A DNA stretch of 64,000 bases from Azolla caroliniana (Eukaryota; Plantae; Polypodiophyta). The notes under the pieces are model-generated. The model was not told where the DNA came from, did no database searches, and worked only from the letters and a program-made list of their open reading frames with translations. Location of the stretch: positions 5,394,001-5,458,000 of the forward strand of contig JBHGNT010000011.1 in NCBI GenBank assembly GCA_043228905.1, in the 5' to 3' direction. This document shows positions 24,201 through 39,200 of the stretch, in pieces. The translations under genes and the position numbers were made by a program. Positions within the stretch are counted from its first letter, which is position 1. The number at the start of each line of letters is the position of its first letter.

Positions 24201-27200
24201 GTCTATCTAAGATTAGAATCTTAGATAACAAAATCCTTTTGTACCTTATAGTGAATTATGTTTATTTTTCTCAAAGACGAGAAAATATGTTAAGATGTAA
24301 TATCTTGTTTGGTATTACAGGCCATTTTGGCCTCATAAAATACGTTAATATATCTTTCTTTCTTTCTCATGCCTTGATTTCTTGCAAAAACAGGTCCCAA
24401 CACGTTTTTGATGTTCGTATTCTATTACTTTGTGCAGTAACACAAAAGCCCTTTTCAAAGAAAGAAAGAAATATTAGTGTCTTTTAAGAGGCCAGAATGG
24501 CCTATAAGACCAAACAAGAGATTACATCTTAAGTGCTGTCTCGTCTTTGAGAACAACAAATCAAAATAAAATAAATATTACTCCATAAATATAAAAGTAA
24601 ATAAGATAAAAAGAGACGAGGGAAACTAGTTTTCGGCACATGTGAGATTCTCAAGTTAAATGTATTGTAACTTTTGTCTTCGAAAGATCTCTAACATAGG
24701 TTGATCCAGAATGGAAAGGTCTCTGAAGCGAGGGAAGCACCTGCGATGGTGAGAGATAATGGCTTTTATTTGTCGATGACAAGGGTGTTGAGGTCGTGGT
24801 CCATGGGGCTGGGGTCTACGTGCACAACAAATTGCAATTCCCCTATCAATTGTAACCCCTTTGTAATGTCCTGGTCAGGGGGCCATTTGTGTATCCCTTG
24901 ATTGACTTGTAGCATTAGTAGGAGTGATGGGGCTAAAGAAAGTTGTGATTGTTCTTTGTGGATGAGCTTGTGTGGCAATATTCTTCAACAACTTTTCCCA
25001 ATGTCTCTTCAGCTCTAGCAAGAAAAGTCCTAGGCACCGTTGGTCCTCATATTCTGTTACCTTGCGTAGCAAGTCAAAGCCTTGTTTAAAGAGGCAATGG
25101 TATCTCCCCCTGATTTCATAAAAAACATGACAGTGACAAACATAGTGTTCTTCGGATTCCACTCCTTGATGACACAATTGGCAAATTCTTTCTTCTAGAG
25201 GTATTCATGTATATTTGCCTACCTCAATCTGTAACTGATGTGATGAAGTTCCTAGTTGCCCTATCACATTGTGTAGCACATAGGATAGATGTATGTCCAT
25301 ATAAGGTGACCTGATAATGAATCCATCCTCCGATGTGTGTAAGAAGTGTGTCTTATAGTGGGCCATCTTTGTACCAAGTGATATTTTGGGGCTGATCCAT
25401 GTTATCTTGTTTTCCAAGTTAATAATATCAGTTCGAATCACTCTATTCTTTTCCACTTTGGTCATATTTAGATGGGGACAGTCCAAGCTATATTGGAACA
25501 AGGGTAGTGCATCTATACTCATGCCATGTGACTCGAACCATTGCTGCATTTCAGCATACCAACAATGAATGTCTCCATTTTCAGCCAGTTGTCTTGATGA
25601 CATAAGTGCCAACCTTGGGTACCTTCATTTAGGGAGCTCCCAAAGACGTTGGATAAATGTCACTGATCGGAACAATGCCTTGGTGATTATAGGTGCTGCT
25701 CCCATCTCTGCCCAGATTATATCGTGGGGTACCAATGCTTTGCTCCTTATCATGCGGGCAATCATTGACACTAAAGGTCTCTCTAAATCTTTCCAATGAT
25801 TTGCCTTGTTAAGACTCGGTCCCCATGTTTCTACTCCATAGAGAAGAGTTGGCATGACAAGTGTATCGAATAACCATAGCTTAGTTCGTGGCTCTTGGAA
25901 TTGCAAATGTGCACATTGTCTCTCAAGAGCACCAAGGGCTGCCTATCCATGAGAAAGTTAGGCACAAGCAGCCTCCCGTAAGGAGAACCTTGGCCCTGTA
26001 AATGTTACTCCTAGTTATGTGTAGGAGCGTGTGTATTCCACCTTTTCCTCTCCCAAGAAGAATTCTGGTTCTGATCTTGTTACCCATGCTTGAGTGGTGT
26101 TAAACACCATCACTTTAGTTTTATCCATGTTGATTGACAAACCTTTGTCCGTACAAAATAGTTTTAAGGCATTTAGATGTCTTTGTAATCCCTCCGGAGA
26201 GTCAGAAATCAGCACAATATCATCAGCATATAGTGATATTTGTATAGCTATACCTGCTAGGCATGCTCTTGAACCCCCGAATCCCTCTATGTAATGTGAT
26301 ACCTCATCTATAATAGAGACCAAAGACCCTTGGAAGACCGCACTTTTCTTGACATGGATTCATAGAGTGCATAGATTCCCCATTACATATCTGTAGGAAC
26401 ACCAAGGGCGTCTAGCCGCTTTATAAGCCGAGCACATGCCACAGTGTCAAAGGCTTTTCGGAAATCCACAAAGCAGCAATAAATCCTATTATTATGGGCT
26501 CTGCCCTCCTCAATAAGGACCCGGAGGGTCAATATGTGATCCAAAGTTGTGAACCCCTACCTTGAGCAAGCAGATGCTATTTCTAGAATTGTGGACACTT
26601 CTGCTAGATGTTCAATTTTAGAGGTTGCAAAGTGCATTATTAGACATAAAAAATTAGAATCAAACCAAATATAGAATCCCTATCCCAAATGACACATCCT
26701 CATGATGCATTTTATTACTGATATGTTGCATGCAGTTCGTTACAAGGATATTTTGAAGAATACATATGAAGACTTGCAGAAGCTAATGAAATCTGATTGG
26801 GGTTCATGTGCAATTATATATTGCCATGCTCGAAACACATGTGATGAGGTGGCAGCCCAATTGCAGGCAGACAGTATTTCATGTCGAGGTAAGTCTTCAG
26901 TCAGTTTCTTTTCAGGAAAAATCTCTGAAAATCCCATAGGCTTTCTTTATTTCCCGAAGTACCCTTGTTCAATCCTCATAAGACAAATCATCAGTGCTAT
27001 AAGGGCTCTTACATTGTCAATTCACCCCCATTTTCTCAAATCATCCCCCTATCCTCTTTCTGGGGTTGACCAAGGGCACTTTGGGAAAATAAAGAAAAAC
27101 TCAGGGATAGTTCTGGGGTTTCCCTTTTGTAATGAACGGTTCTAAATCATAAATCAAAACATGCTTCCAGTTTATCACGCTGGTTTAGGAGATAAAGTTC

Positions 27201-30200
27201 GCAGTCGAGCATTGGATGATTGGTCATCTGGAAAGGTTCCTGTTATCGTTGGGACAGTTGCATTTGGGTTAGTCTATGAGACATGCTATTTATGTGAGGA
27301 AATGAAAATTTTGAAGTTTTTAATTGATTATAATGTGAAAATAGACAAGTTTAGGAGACCTACTTCTGAGAATACTCCTGGCTGTTTGCTCGTTGTCCTT
27401 TCTGTATTTGTACATTATAGAGAATATAGAAATGATCAGCTGTGCATAATGCACACCTCCATATAAATAGGACTATTTGCATCTGGGAAGAAATATGAAC
27501 TTGCTTCATAGTTCAGAAAACTTCTCAGGTGTAAAACAAGTGCTCTCAAAATCCACAGCTCTCTCAAGTAGATTAACTTTAGTCTTTGCGTCTTAAGTTA
27601 TTGTAGGGTTTTGACATCATCACATTTACTAACATCTGAAAATTTCCATTCAACTTTCATTTGTAAATCTGTCTTCCTTCGTTCATCTCTTCTATAGGTA
27701 TTTTGCCCAATTATCTGCGACTTGTTACCTGTATTGATTTAATTTGGTTTTATGCATTTGCATTCCTAAATTTTCTCCTGATTCTGTGTTAAATTTTCAT
27801 TCATAACATGTTGCTGATGCTGTTTGACTTTCTTGGATGCTAGAATGGTATGTGATGTTTATCTATCCTCAGTATTTTTATTGTTAATGTGTGTTCTATC
27901 ATAGTATTAACTTGAATTTGAATAATATTCTTTCTTTGAAGGGTATTGATAGAGGAGATGTGAGGCTTATTTGCCATTTCAACATCCCAAAGTCCATAGA
28001 AAGCTTTTATCAGGAATCTGGACGGGCAGGTCGTGATAACAAAAGCTCACGAAGTATTTTATACTACGGCCTCGAGGATCGTAGAAGCATGGTAGTTTTA
28101 CATCAGATAATATATAGGTAGAGACTTCATCATTACTAAAGATATGTCTTCTGCTCCCACTAAGGTTCTCCATGTTTCTGGCAGGAGTTCATCTTGCGAA
28201 ATGGACAAAAGGGAAACAAAATGAAGGGGAAAGATGCAGATCTTATATTAAAAAAGGGCCTTGAGGATTTTGAGGAGGTATTAAATGTTAATGGGTGTAC
28301 TTTCATGCATATACCTAGCGGACTTTGGTTAAGTCCTGAATTTGAGTACTGATATAAGGCGAGGTAACATGGGGCAATGCAATGAAAAAGAACTCTCCCT
28401 GCAATCAAATCTCTTTCTAGAACTGCTTGCAACAGTCTTCTGTTAATATAAGGGGCTGTCTTCCCAGACCATAATGGTATCCAAGTCGGATATAATTAAA
28501 CATTCGGGCTAAAGCCAAGCAACCACTATGGAGATATTCTAGGAGTTATTCATAACAAATGATTGTTTTGTAATTGTAAGTAATTAAGTTGTCAATAAAT
28601 TGATGATTCAATGTCTCCTGTTATCCTGAAAATTATATTAAAATAAAAAACAAATGTTTCCAAATAGTATGTCAAATAGTCTGTTTTTATTTGAATGGAA
28701 GTATACGTAGGAGATTTGAATTCATGTTGTGGCTGACATGATTTTCAGATGGTTTCGTATTGTGATAAATTGGTGTGTCGAAGGCAGAAACTTCTTGGAC
28801 ACTTTGGGGAACAGGTATTACTTTACTTGTTTGCAATGTATCAGAGATTTGTTTTTGTTTTTGTTTTTGTTTTTTTAACATGATTTCTGTAATTTATAAA
28901 GGTTTCTACTGCATTCTGTTCAAAGACATGTGATTGTTGCCAATATCCATCAAAGGTTGCTGACAAGATACAGCAGCTTTCAGATGTTACAAGCACACAT
29001 TGTTCTAAGAACTATGTGTTTATGAAAAAGTACTTCACTTTTGCATACAGCTCTGTAATATTTTCTTGTCCTTGCACAGTTGCCTTCAGTGTTTTTTAGT
29101 TTACTACATTCATGTTCCATTGTATGAAAAAACGATGAACAGTTTTTTTTTGCATGTCTTTTATATAGGCCTAAGGAATAATGATGATTTTGCATTGTTT
29201 TTTTCCTTCACATAACATGCAGAAATAATAAGTTTGTTTCTTATTTGTGCAATATGAAGAAATTGTGATAGTTTTGTGATGTTGCAGCAGTAACGACAAG
29301 GGATGTAGAAATTTTGAAAGTGAGTTCTGGAACTATTCAGATAATGATGCACAACAAGAAGAGGATATTTCAGATTCTGATGGTAACTATCCTCTAAAGG
29401 ATATGTTTATAGAATCAATATGCTTTCTTTTCTTTCATTATATGCTTTGTTGAAAGATTTCTGATATCGCACCCACTAATGTTGACCTTTGTTGAAAGAT
29501 AACTGATATGAAGTGTAAAAACAATTTATTGGCTATCTTGCGTCCATTCTATCATTTGTCTGTCATTGTGACTTCTAAATCTATTGTGAAAAGGTGCCTT
29601 CTCTTCATACATATGCATCAGGTCTGCTTCCCCTCTATTGCACACTTGCATTCCCTGCTATGCTCCCTCTTCTATCCATGAGAATTGAGAGTTCTTAGTT
29701 ACCTCAGCCAAGTGTAATAAGGTAGGGTGAGGTGCTCATCTTCAGTGGACTTTGTAGTATACTGACACGCTTACTGTAATTAGGATATATCAATGGACAT
29801 GATTAAAACACAATATACACAATGTCGGTCAACACATATTAGTAAAGGGAGATAAATCAATAAGCACTATATCAATAACTAAGGTGAAGAGATAACATTC
29901 ATCAAATATGATTAAGACAATAGAGCTCCAAAATGTTTTCCCTCCTTTTCATTAATGTTTGGGTTGGGTCAACATGCTAACACTGAGCACACATCTTACT
30001 GTCGGACAGAGTTATACGGAGGTTGTGTGTGCTGTTAGACCATCATCTACCCTATTGCTAGTGACGCAGGTTGAAGCGGTCATCATATGCTCTTAATCTC
30101 ACTATGATTATGTTAACAACATGATGATTAGCCTAAATATCCACTGAAGTATCTTAAGTGGTTAAAGAGGGATAATTAGAGAGATCCACACTCATATTCA

Positions 30201-33200
30201 TCAAGGAGATTAAAAAATCATCCGAGTGATTAGTACTAGACTTAGTGAAATCACTTAGTACTAATCCACTAGAGGAAGAAAGCTATATTAACTACTTTTA
30301 TAAGCCCAAAATAGCCTATAAGACAAAACAAGTGATTACATCCTATGATGTTTTCTCGGCGTTGAGAACAACCAACCAACGTAAATACAACTAAACACGT
30401 GTTATCCAAGAATCTACATATCTAGGAACGTAAAATTCTAAACTAGATTTGATTGAAGCTCGTCTTCAAAAAATCTCCAACATTGGCTGCTCCAAGATGG
30501 AGAAATCTCTCAAGTGATGGAAGCACCTTCTGTGCCGGGTGATAAGGGCCTTTATTTGCCAGTTAAAACTGATGAGACTACAATCCAGATGGTCATGGAC
30601 TACATGCATGATACATTGCTAATGCTTCATCTATCGTAACCCCTTCCACTTTTGTAGTTCCTGAATTGATTTTGACGGGGCTAAAAACATTCATGTGATT
30701 CTTTATGTAATTGGTTGCATCATCATCTTTGGGATAATCATCCTTGGAAAGCCTAACATGTGGCTGCAATGGCACTCGAAGAGGCTTTGCATCATCCACA
30801 TTAAATCTGTCCAGCACTTTCTCAATGTACTTTTCTTGGGATAAATGCAAAGTATACTGCCGCCTATCCCTTTTTATTCGCATAGGGATATCCTCAGCTT
30901 CCCCAAAGTCTTTCATTGAGAGTTCAGCTGCTGTTTTACAGCATTAGAGTGCTTTTTTTCTTCCCTGCCAGCAGCATATCATCTACATTCAGTACGAGAA
31001 TAGTTGGGCTGCCATCTTCATCCTTTTTAGTGTACAAACAGTGGTCTACATGGCTTCTTTTGAACCCATGTTTGAGCATAAATGCATCAAAATTATTTAT
31101 ACCATTTCCTGGCGGCGTGTTTCAGCCCATATAAGCTCCTTTTCAGCTTGCATACCAGATGCTCTTTTCCAGGAATGGCATATCCTTCTGGCTGTTTCAT
31201 GTAGAGCTCATCTAAATCACCATGCAAAAAGGTTGTTTAACATCCATTTGGAATAATTCCAAATCCAAGGCGGCTGTGAGAGCAAACAAGACACGTAGTG
31301 TGGTCATCTTAACCACTGGAGAGAAAACGACTTGGAAATCAATGCCTTCCTTTTGGACATATACCTTAGCAACTAGCCTTGCCTTATACTTGGGTTTGCC
31401 ATCCACAGTTTTGATTTTGTATACCCACTTGTTCGGAATGGCCTTCCTTCCTTTGGGGAGCTTAACCAAATCCCAAGTATCATTTGCATGCAGGGCTTTT
31501 ATCTCTCCATCATGGCTAACTCCCACTCTTTCTTGTGCTCACATAGTTTTGCCTCTTTATAAGTGAGAGGCTCGCCCTCATCTGATAACATAATGTAATG
31601 TATAGAGTGTCATATCTATTCACTTGCCTCCCAGGACGTGTAGATCTTCTTACCCAATGATCCACATTATCCGGCAATGGATCTGCATTAAGATGTACAT
31701 TGACATCTTCATTGTTAATGGGCAGCTGTACATCATTTCCAGCCCTGCTTTCAGCATGAATAGGTGACTGTATATACCCAAATCTTTCTAGAGTAGTCAT
31801 CAACGAAATAAATAAAATAAAGAGCATCCCCCATAGATTTGGGGGGCATACTGCAAACATAAGAATGAACTAGATCAAGAAGATTAGGCTTTCGAGAGAC
31901 ACCAGAGTAGTAGGTATCCTTTACTTGCTTACCATATTGGCATTCATTACAAAAATCAAGTTTTGAGGCTTTAGCATCAAACTAGTCCAAATTACATTGT
32001 ACCTTTAACAATTAGCCTAGAGCCGTTGATAAGCTTCCATAACCCTTTCTCAAAGAGGGTACTATATCCATGCATATCCATTTGTCCAACAGAAAGTAAG
32101 CTTTTCTTGATACTTGGTACATACCTTACATCATGCAAAACCAGCTCATTAGTACCATCCACAATGTGATGCATTGTGCCAATACCTTCAATAGAACAAG
32201 CATGATTACTTCCAAGATATACATGTCCACAGCAGCCTGCGTGAAGGGTAGTAAAACACTCCTTAATAGGAGTAACCTAGAATGCTGCACCTGAATCCAC
32301 AATCCAGGTTTGTGACAAAGCATCATTCAGCGTTAGCAAGGCATCAATTATATCACTCTTTGTAATTTGCATATCCTGTGTATGAATAAAAACAGAAGCA
32401 CCAGTAACTTCATCATGATTTGTTGCCATGGTAGCACAAAGAATATCTTCTGCATTTGATGGCTCCTCAATGATGAAACTTTTCCTTGTCCCATAAGGCT
32501 GTTATGTGCTTCATTCTTGTTGTCCCTTTTCTTCTTGTCACTTGTGTTCTTCTTTCTTTCTAATTCAACTTCTTATTGATAAGTAACTTTTAGGTCATCT
32601 AGGCATGTTCACACATGGCCAATGACCAAAAGTTATAAAGATAATATAAATGCCTATAACCCCCCAAATTAGGGCCAAAAATATATTAAATATGTGTCTA
32701 GAAAGCTCTCAAAGGGAGCTTTCACATGGAAGGGTCAAAATATATACAAAGGAGAGTCCTTGGGGCCTTTATCCCCAACATAAATGTTGTCTCATTTTTG
32801 AGAACAAATCAAAATTGTAGAAAATGCAGGGATCTAGACTAACTCTCACACAACAAGATCACTTAGAACACTTAAGGAAATATCAGTAGATTAGGGAAAA
32901 ACGAGCATTGATTACAAAGATGTAGAATGGTTTATATAACCAGTTTCTACAAGTAGGTAGAAACCCAACAGTCACTTTATTGGGTTCACACTATTATTAC
33001 TATATTCACACCTAACAACTACTTAACTAGGTTCATACTATTCTAAGTATGTTCACACCCAACAATTACTTAACAGGTTCACACTATTATAACAATGTTC
33101 ACACCAAAGCTTTCATAGGATACACATTAAGTGTAACAAATCCCCCTGAAGTGAATGGTGTGGACTTGAATGTGATCACTATCTAGGTGTTGGAAGAATG

Positions 33201-36200
33201 CCCAATTCCTTGCAAAAATATTCAAACTTTTCTCCTCATAGAACCTTGGTGAAAATGTCTGCAACATTTTCATGAGTTGGTACATAGAACAAGTTTATCT
33301 CTTTAGCATGTAACTGCTCCCTCACATAATGATAGTGCACCTCAATGTGTTTTGTTCGTGCATGGAAAACGAGATTTCTTGCAATAGTCAAAGCACTTTG
33401 ACTATCTGTAAATATACGAGTAGGAGATGGCTGTGCAAGTGACAAATCAGGCAATAATCTCCTGAGCCAAACACACTCTACTGTGGCGCTGAATGTTGCT
33501 CTATATTCAGCTTCACAACTTGATGTTGCCACTGTTGGCTGCTTCTTGCTGAGCCAGGAAACGCAGGAATTGCTGATCATGAGACAATTGCCACTATGTG
33601 AGATACGAGTGTCGTAGCAGCCAGCCCAATCACTATCAATGAAGGCTGTTAAAGTAGATTAATTTCCTTCTCCATAGAAGAGGCTGAAATCCATAGTGCC
33701 TTTGAGGTAATGGAAAACTTGCTTGGCTGCTTGCCAATGCTTTATTCCAGGGTTGTGCATAAACTTGCTTAATTGCGAAACAGTATATTGAATGTCAGGT
33801 TGCGTGTTGCACAAAAATATCAAACAACCTACAGCTTGTTGGTATAAGAGTGCATCAGTTGGTTCTCCTTTGTCTTGGTATGAGAATTTGAATCCTGCTT
33901 CTAAAGGAGTGGAGATTGGCTTGCAGTCTTCAAACCTGAATCGTTGTAGGAGCTTCACGATGTACTTTCGTTGACTGAGAAAAATGCCCCCCTCAACAAT
34001 AATAAATTGAATGCTGAGGTAGTAATGGAGATGACGAAGATCTGTAAGTTCAAATGTCTTACTAAGATCAGCTTTGAAATCTGCAATTTCTTGCTCATCA
34101 GGTTCTGTGATTAGCAAATCATATGCAATGATTGCCTTTATGGAAAACAACACCACTTGAGCTCATACACTCTAATTTATGTACTAGGCCTACTAAATCC
34201 TTAGGAGGCTTCTTACATTTCGTAACTTTCGTTGATGATTACTCTAGAAAATGTTGGGCATATGTGCTAAAGGATAAAAGACTGATGTGTTTGATGTTTT
34301 CAGAAACTTTCATGCCTTTATCACTACTCAAACAGGCTTGAAACTGAAATTTTGAGGACAGACAATCAAGGAGAATATATTAGCAACTGATCTACAAACT
34401 TTTGTGCAGAAAATGCAATCAAGAGAGAGCTTACAGCTCCGTACAATCCAGCATCTAATGGAGAGTTTAACAATACAATAGGACGCTATGTGAAAGGGTT
34501 CGGTGTATGCTGTCCACAGCCAATCTCCCTAATGCATTTTGGGGATAGGCTTTAGAAACTGCAGTGCACAGTTCACTCAAAGGTGGCATACCGGAGGAGA
34601 TTTGGTCCAGCAAATCAGCCTCGTATGATCATCTGCCCATTTTCTACTAGGAAGCTTTCGTGCAAGTTAGGCAAGAGCTAAGAAACAAGCTGGATGCAAA
34701 ATCCATCAAAGGCGTCTTTCCCGAAAGCTAATCAGAAGTCGTGGTGTTGTATTCAATGAAGCAAAGTTGCTCAAAAGCAATTGTACTCCATTAGAATCAA
34801 CAAAAAGAGTGAAATTTCAGCAACATCCAACAATTGGCTCAAGAATAACATCTCAGGATGAAGATGAACAAGTAGTAGAGATCTGCAAACCAGTTCTATT
34901 GCCAGAAGATGGACAGCAAAACAGTTAAATTTTAAACCCTGAAGATGAAGATCAAATACAGACACCTACAAATGAAGAAATAACTGCTGAACTACAGAAA
35001 GAAGATATTCCATTAGATCTAGAACCAATTCCAGATAATTTAGATCACTAGGTTAGGAGATCAACACGGTTGACGTGTCCAACCCAAATCAAATTCTCAT
35101 AACAGATGAACTAGAGCCTCTCAGTCTTAAAGAGCCTAGGTCATGTGAGCATTCTAACAAGTGGGAGCTTGTGGAACTACCCAAAGGTAAAAAGGCTATA
35201 CCCAACAAGTGGTTCTACAAGGTAAAGACTCTAGAAGGTAAACCCAAGTATAAGGCTTGTTTAATAGGCAAAGAGTACAAACAAATACAAGGGATTGATT
35301 TTTAGGAGGTTTTTGCTCCAGTAGTCAAAATGACTACACTTAGAATACTTTTTGCTATTTCAGTCAACCTGGATTTGGAGCTATATCAAATGGATGTAAA
35401 GACAGCTTTCTTTCATGGTAATCTAGATGAGGAAATTTATATGTTGCAGCCTGAAGGGTTCTTGATTACAGGAAAACAGCATTTAGTTTGTAAACTTCGC
35501 AGCCTCTATGGGCTGAAACAAGCCCCACGTCTTTGGTATAAGAAATTTGATTCTTTCATGCTCTCAAATGGCTTCAATCGAATTACGGCAGATCCTTGTC
35601 TTCATATGAAAAAGAAAACCAATGGCAGTCCTATTATTTTGGTTTTGTATGTTGATGACATGCACATTGCAGGAAAACATGAATTAAAATGCAAGAACTG
35701 AAATCCGCATTTTCTATGAAAGATCTCAGAAACGCTGAGCACATTCTTGGGATATGAATCAAACGGAACAGGGACAGGCAAAAGAAGTTACTATATGTGT
35801 CTCAAGAGAAGTACATTGAGAAGGTATTGGAAAGATTTCAGGTGACTGATGCAAAGCTCTTCAGTGCCTCTTCAATCACATGAAAAGCTTTCAAAAGCAC
35901 ATTATCCCAAAGACAAAGAGGAAACAGAAAAAATGCAAGGTATCCCATTCTGATGTATGCGATGGTATCAACACGACCTGATATTGCATATGCTGTAGTA
36001 ATAGTAAGCAGATTTATGAGTCAACCAAAGCCATTGGGCTGCTGTCAAATCTATTCTTAGATATCTCAAAGGCACTAAGGGGGAAAGCATTTGTTATGGA
36101 AAAGGGGACTTGAATCTTCATGGCTATTGTGATTCTGATATGGCTGGAGATGTAGACACAAGAAAAACTACTTATCGCTACATCTATACTCTTGCAGGGG

Positions 36201-39200
36201 GAGCCATTTCATGGTGTTGAAGGCTGCAACGAATCGTTGCACGCTCTACTACAGAAGCTGAGTATATCTCAGCTACATAGGCTTCAGAGGAGGCCATTTG
36301 GTTAACTCTCTTGTGTAGTGTGCTTGGACTCCCAAAGCAAATTCCAGTTTGGCAAAGAACCCTGTTTACCACGCAAGGACCAAACATATTGATATTCTCT
36401 ATCACTTCATTAGAGAGGTGATAGAGGATGGTCAAATCTAATTGGTAAAATTGATACCACTGAGAATCCGGCAGATTGTTTAACAAAGTGTTTATCAAAG
36501 ACACTTCACCGACACTGTCTTGAACGAGTGGGAGTTTTATAATAGAGTAACCTAGCTCCTTTAAGTGGGAGGTTGTTGGGATTAAAGGCTCTTTAGGTTT
36601 CTCTAACTAAACTAGAAAACGAGTCATTCTAATGTGTACCCCTGTGTGTGTGTGTGTGTGTGTGTAAACTGTCATTCAATTGTGTACCCCTTTGTTATGT
36701 CTTGGTCGGGAGCGAATTTGTGTATCCCTTAGTAGGAGCGATGGGGCTAAAGAAATTTGTGTGATTGTTCTAGCAAGAAAAGTTCTACATATTCCATCAC
36801 CTTGTGTATCTCCCTCTGATTTCATAAAAGACACTACAACGACAAACATAGTGTTCTTTGGATTCCACTCCTTGATGACACAATTGGCAAATTCTTTCAT
36901 CTAGAGGTATTTGTGTATATCTGCCTACCTCAACCACTAATTGATGTGATGAAGTTCCTAGCTGCCCTATCACATTGCACACGCATCGAATAGATGTATG
37001 TCCGTATAAGGTGGCCCGATGATGAATCCATCCTCCAATGTGTCTAAGATATATTAACACCTTTTAAGATCTGGCGTATAAGCCCAAACAAGAGATTACA
37101 TCTTAAGTGTTATCTCGTCTTTGAGAACAACAAATCAAAATAAAATAAATTACTAAGTAAATAAGATAAAAAGGTACTAAAGAATCTAGTTTCCAGCACT
37201 TGTAAGATTCTCAAGTTAGATATATTATAACTTTTTTCTTCAAAAGATCTCTAGCATAGGTTGATCCAGAATGGAGAGATCTCTGAAGCAAGGGAAGCAT
37301 CTGCAATGGTGGGAGGTCGTGATCCGTGGGGTCGGGACCTACGTGCACTACAAATTGCTATTGCCCTATATAATGTGTACCCCTTTTTTATGTCCTGGTC
37401 GGGAGCCCATTTGAATAGCATTTGATTGACTTGTACGTCCATAGAGAGGCCAATATTGACCCAAAGGACCTAACTACAAAAGTTATCTTGATGTGTATCT
37501 CCTTCCTAAGAAGGGATATTGATACTTTGAAGTACCAAATCTTGATATGTGAATAAGGTAGCATTAGTGGGAGTGATGGGGCTAAAGAAAGTTGTGATTG
37601 TTCTTTGCGGATGAACTTGCCTTCGGGGATCATATCAGATCCCAAAGCTAATTCAATGTTACTGCTAGTAATGAATTCCATTTCTGTGTAGAAGTGGGGG
37701 ATCTACATCAATATGATGTGCTGCATGACCTCATGGATCTGAGCTCTTTTTTGCAGTTGTTGGCCTCTAAAGGAGATTGAGGTGTCTCTATTATATTAGT
37801 GGCCACATGAGATAGTACATTGGTCTGATGAAGTCCCTAAAGGAGATTGAGGTGTGTTTCCATACTTATATTTCTGGGGGAGCATCTGCTTTGCAGATTC
37901 AAGTTATTATTCAGGTGCAAGTAAAAAGGAAAGTTTCTATAAATTTTTACTAGGTGGATCTGGCAAGTACGGAACTCCTCTTTTCCGACTGCTTAGTACC
38001 CTTATTGCTAGACAGACAACTACTGGTAAAGTCAATTTTGGTGCCAATTTCTGAGAAATTCCTACAATCAAATTTGCCCAATAGATTCAAGTTCTTCTAG
38101 ATCCATATTGTCAAAAATAAAGAATTTCATTACCTAAACTCAATCTCAAGTGCAATCTGCATGGAAATTTCCAACACTTACTTGATGCTGATGTTTACTA
38201 ACAGAAAACTATCTTGTTTTCAAGATATCTTGATTGAATGAGGGGTAATGTATGAAAGTTCTTGGAACTGCTGATATTTCTATCCTTTCATTGTAAATCC
38301 TAGCTGTTAGTCTTTCAAAGTAACTTTATAATTTACATATATGCCTGATTTAGATGAAGCAAATGCAATTGCTGGTGAAGTAGCAAGGAAGCAAAAAGGG
38401 ATGCTTGAATCAAAGCTCAATAAACTTTTAGAAGCTGAAAGAGAATACGATTCTAAACAAGCACAGAAGGTGAATTTGGATGGTGTCTTGTCATGTTTTA
38501 TTCATTCACGAAGTTGGGTTGACCTTGCCTATTGTTTTACTTTTTGAAAATTAACTAATAGTAATTTTTGCAGAAGAACAAAGATAATGGAAAGAAGTTA
38601 GTTGATGTTGCAATGAGAGAAACAGCAAAGGAAAAGTTGAAAAAGGCAGTTTTGCTCGCATTTGAGCGTAATCAAGGAAGCTGGTACGTGCACGCTTCTG
38701 TCTGTGTGTGTGTGTGTGTGTGTGTGTAAGAGGAATAAAGAAAGAAAGGAAGGTAATTAACTTCTTTTAGAAGGCCAAAATTGCATATGAGACCAAACAA
38801 GAGACTGCATCAGAAAATTTTGTCTCATCTCTAAGAAAAACAAACCAAAATAAATATATCTGAACTAGTACAGCTGCATTAGGTATGGCAGAATCTCACT
38901 AGGTAAGACTTAAACATTCTAGGCTTTGATGGACTAAAACTTCCGCTTTCAAAAGATATCCAACATGGGTCCAAGATGGAGAAGCTAAAGTGAGGGAAGA
39001 AGTTTCAAAAGATATCCAACATGAGTCCAAGATAGAGAAGCTAAAGCAAGAAAGAAAGAAAGAAAGAAAGAAATATTAATGTCTTTTAAGAGGCCAAACT
39101 GGCCTATAAGACCAAACAAGAGAAGTGGTGTCTCGTCTTTGAGAACTACAAATCAAAATAAAATAAATGTTCTAAGTCAACATAAAAGTAAATAAGATAC

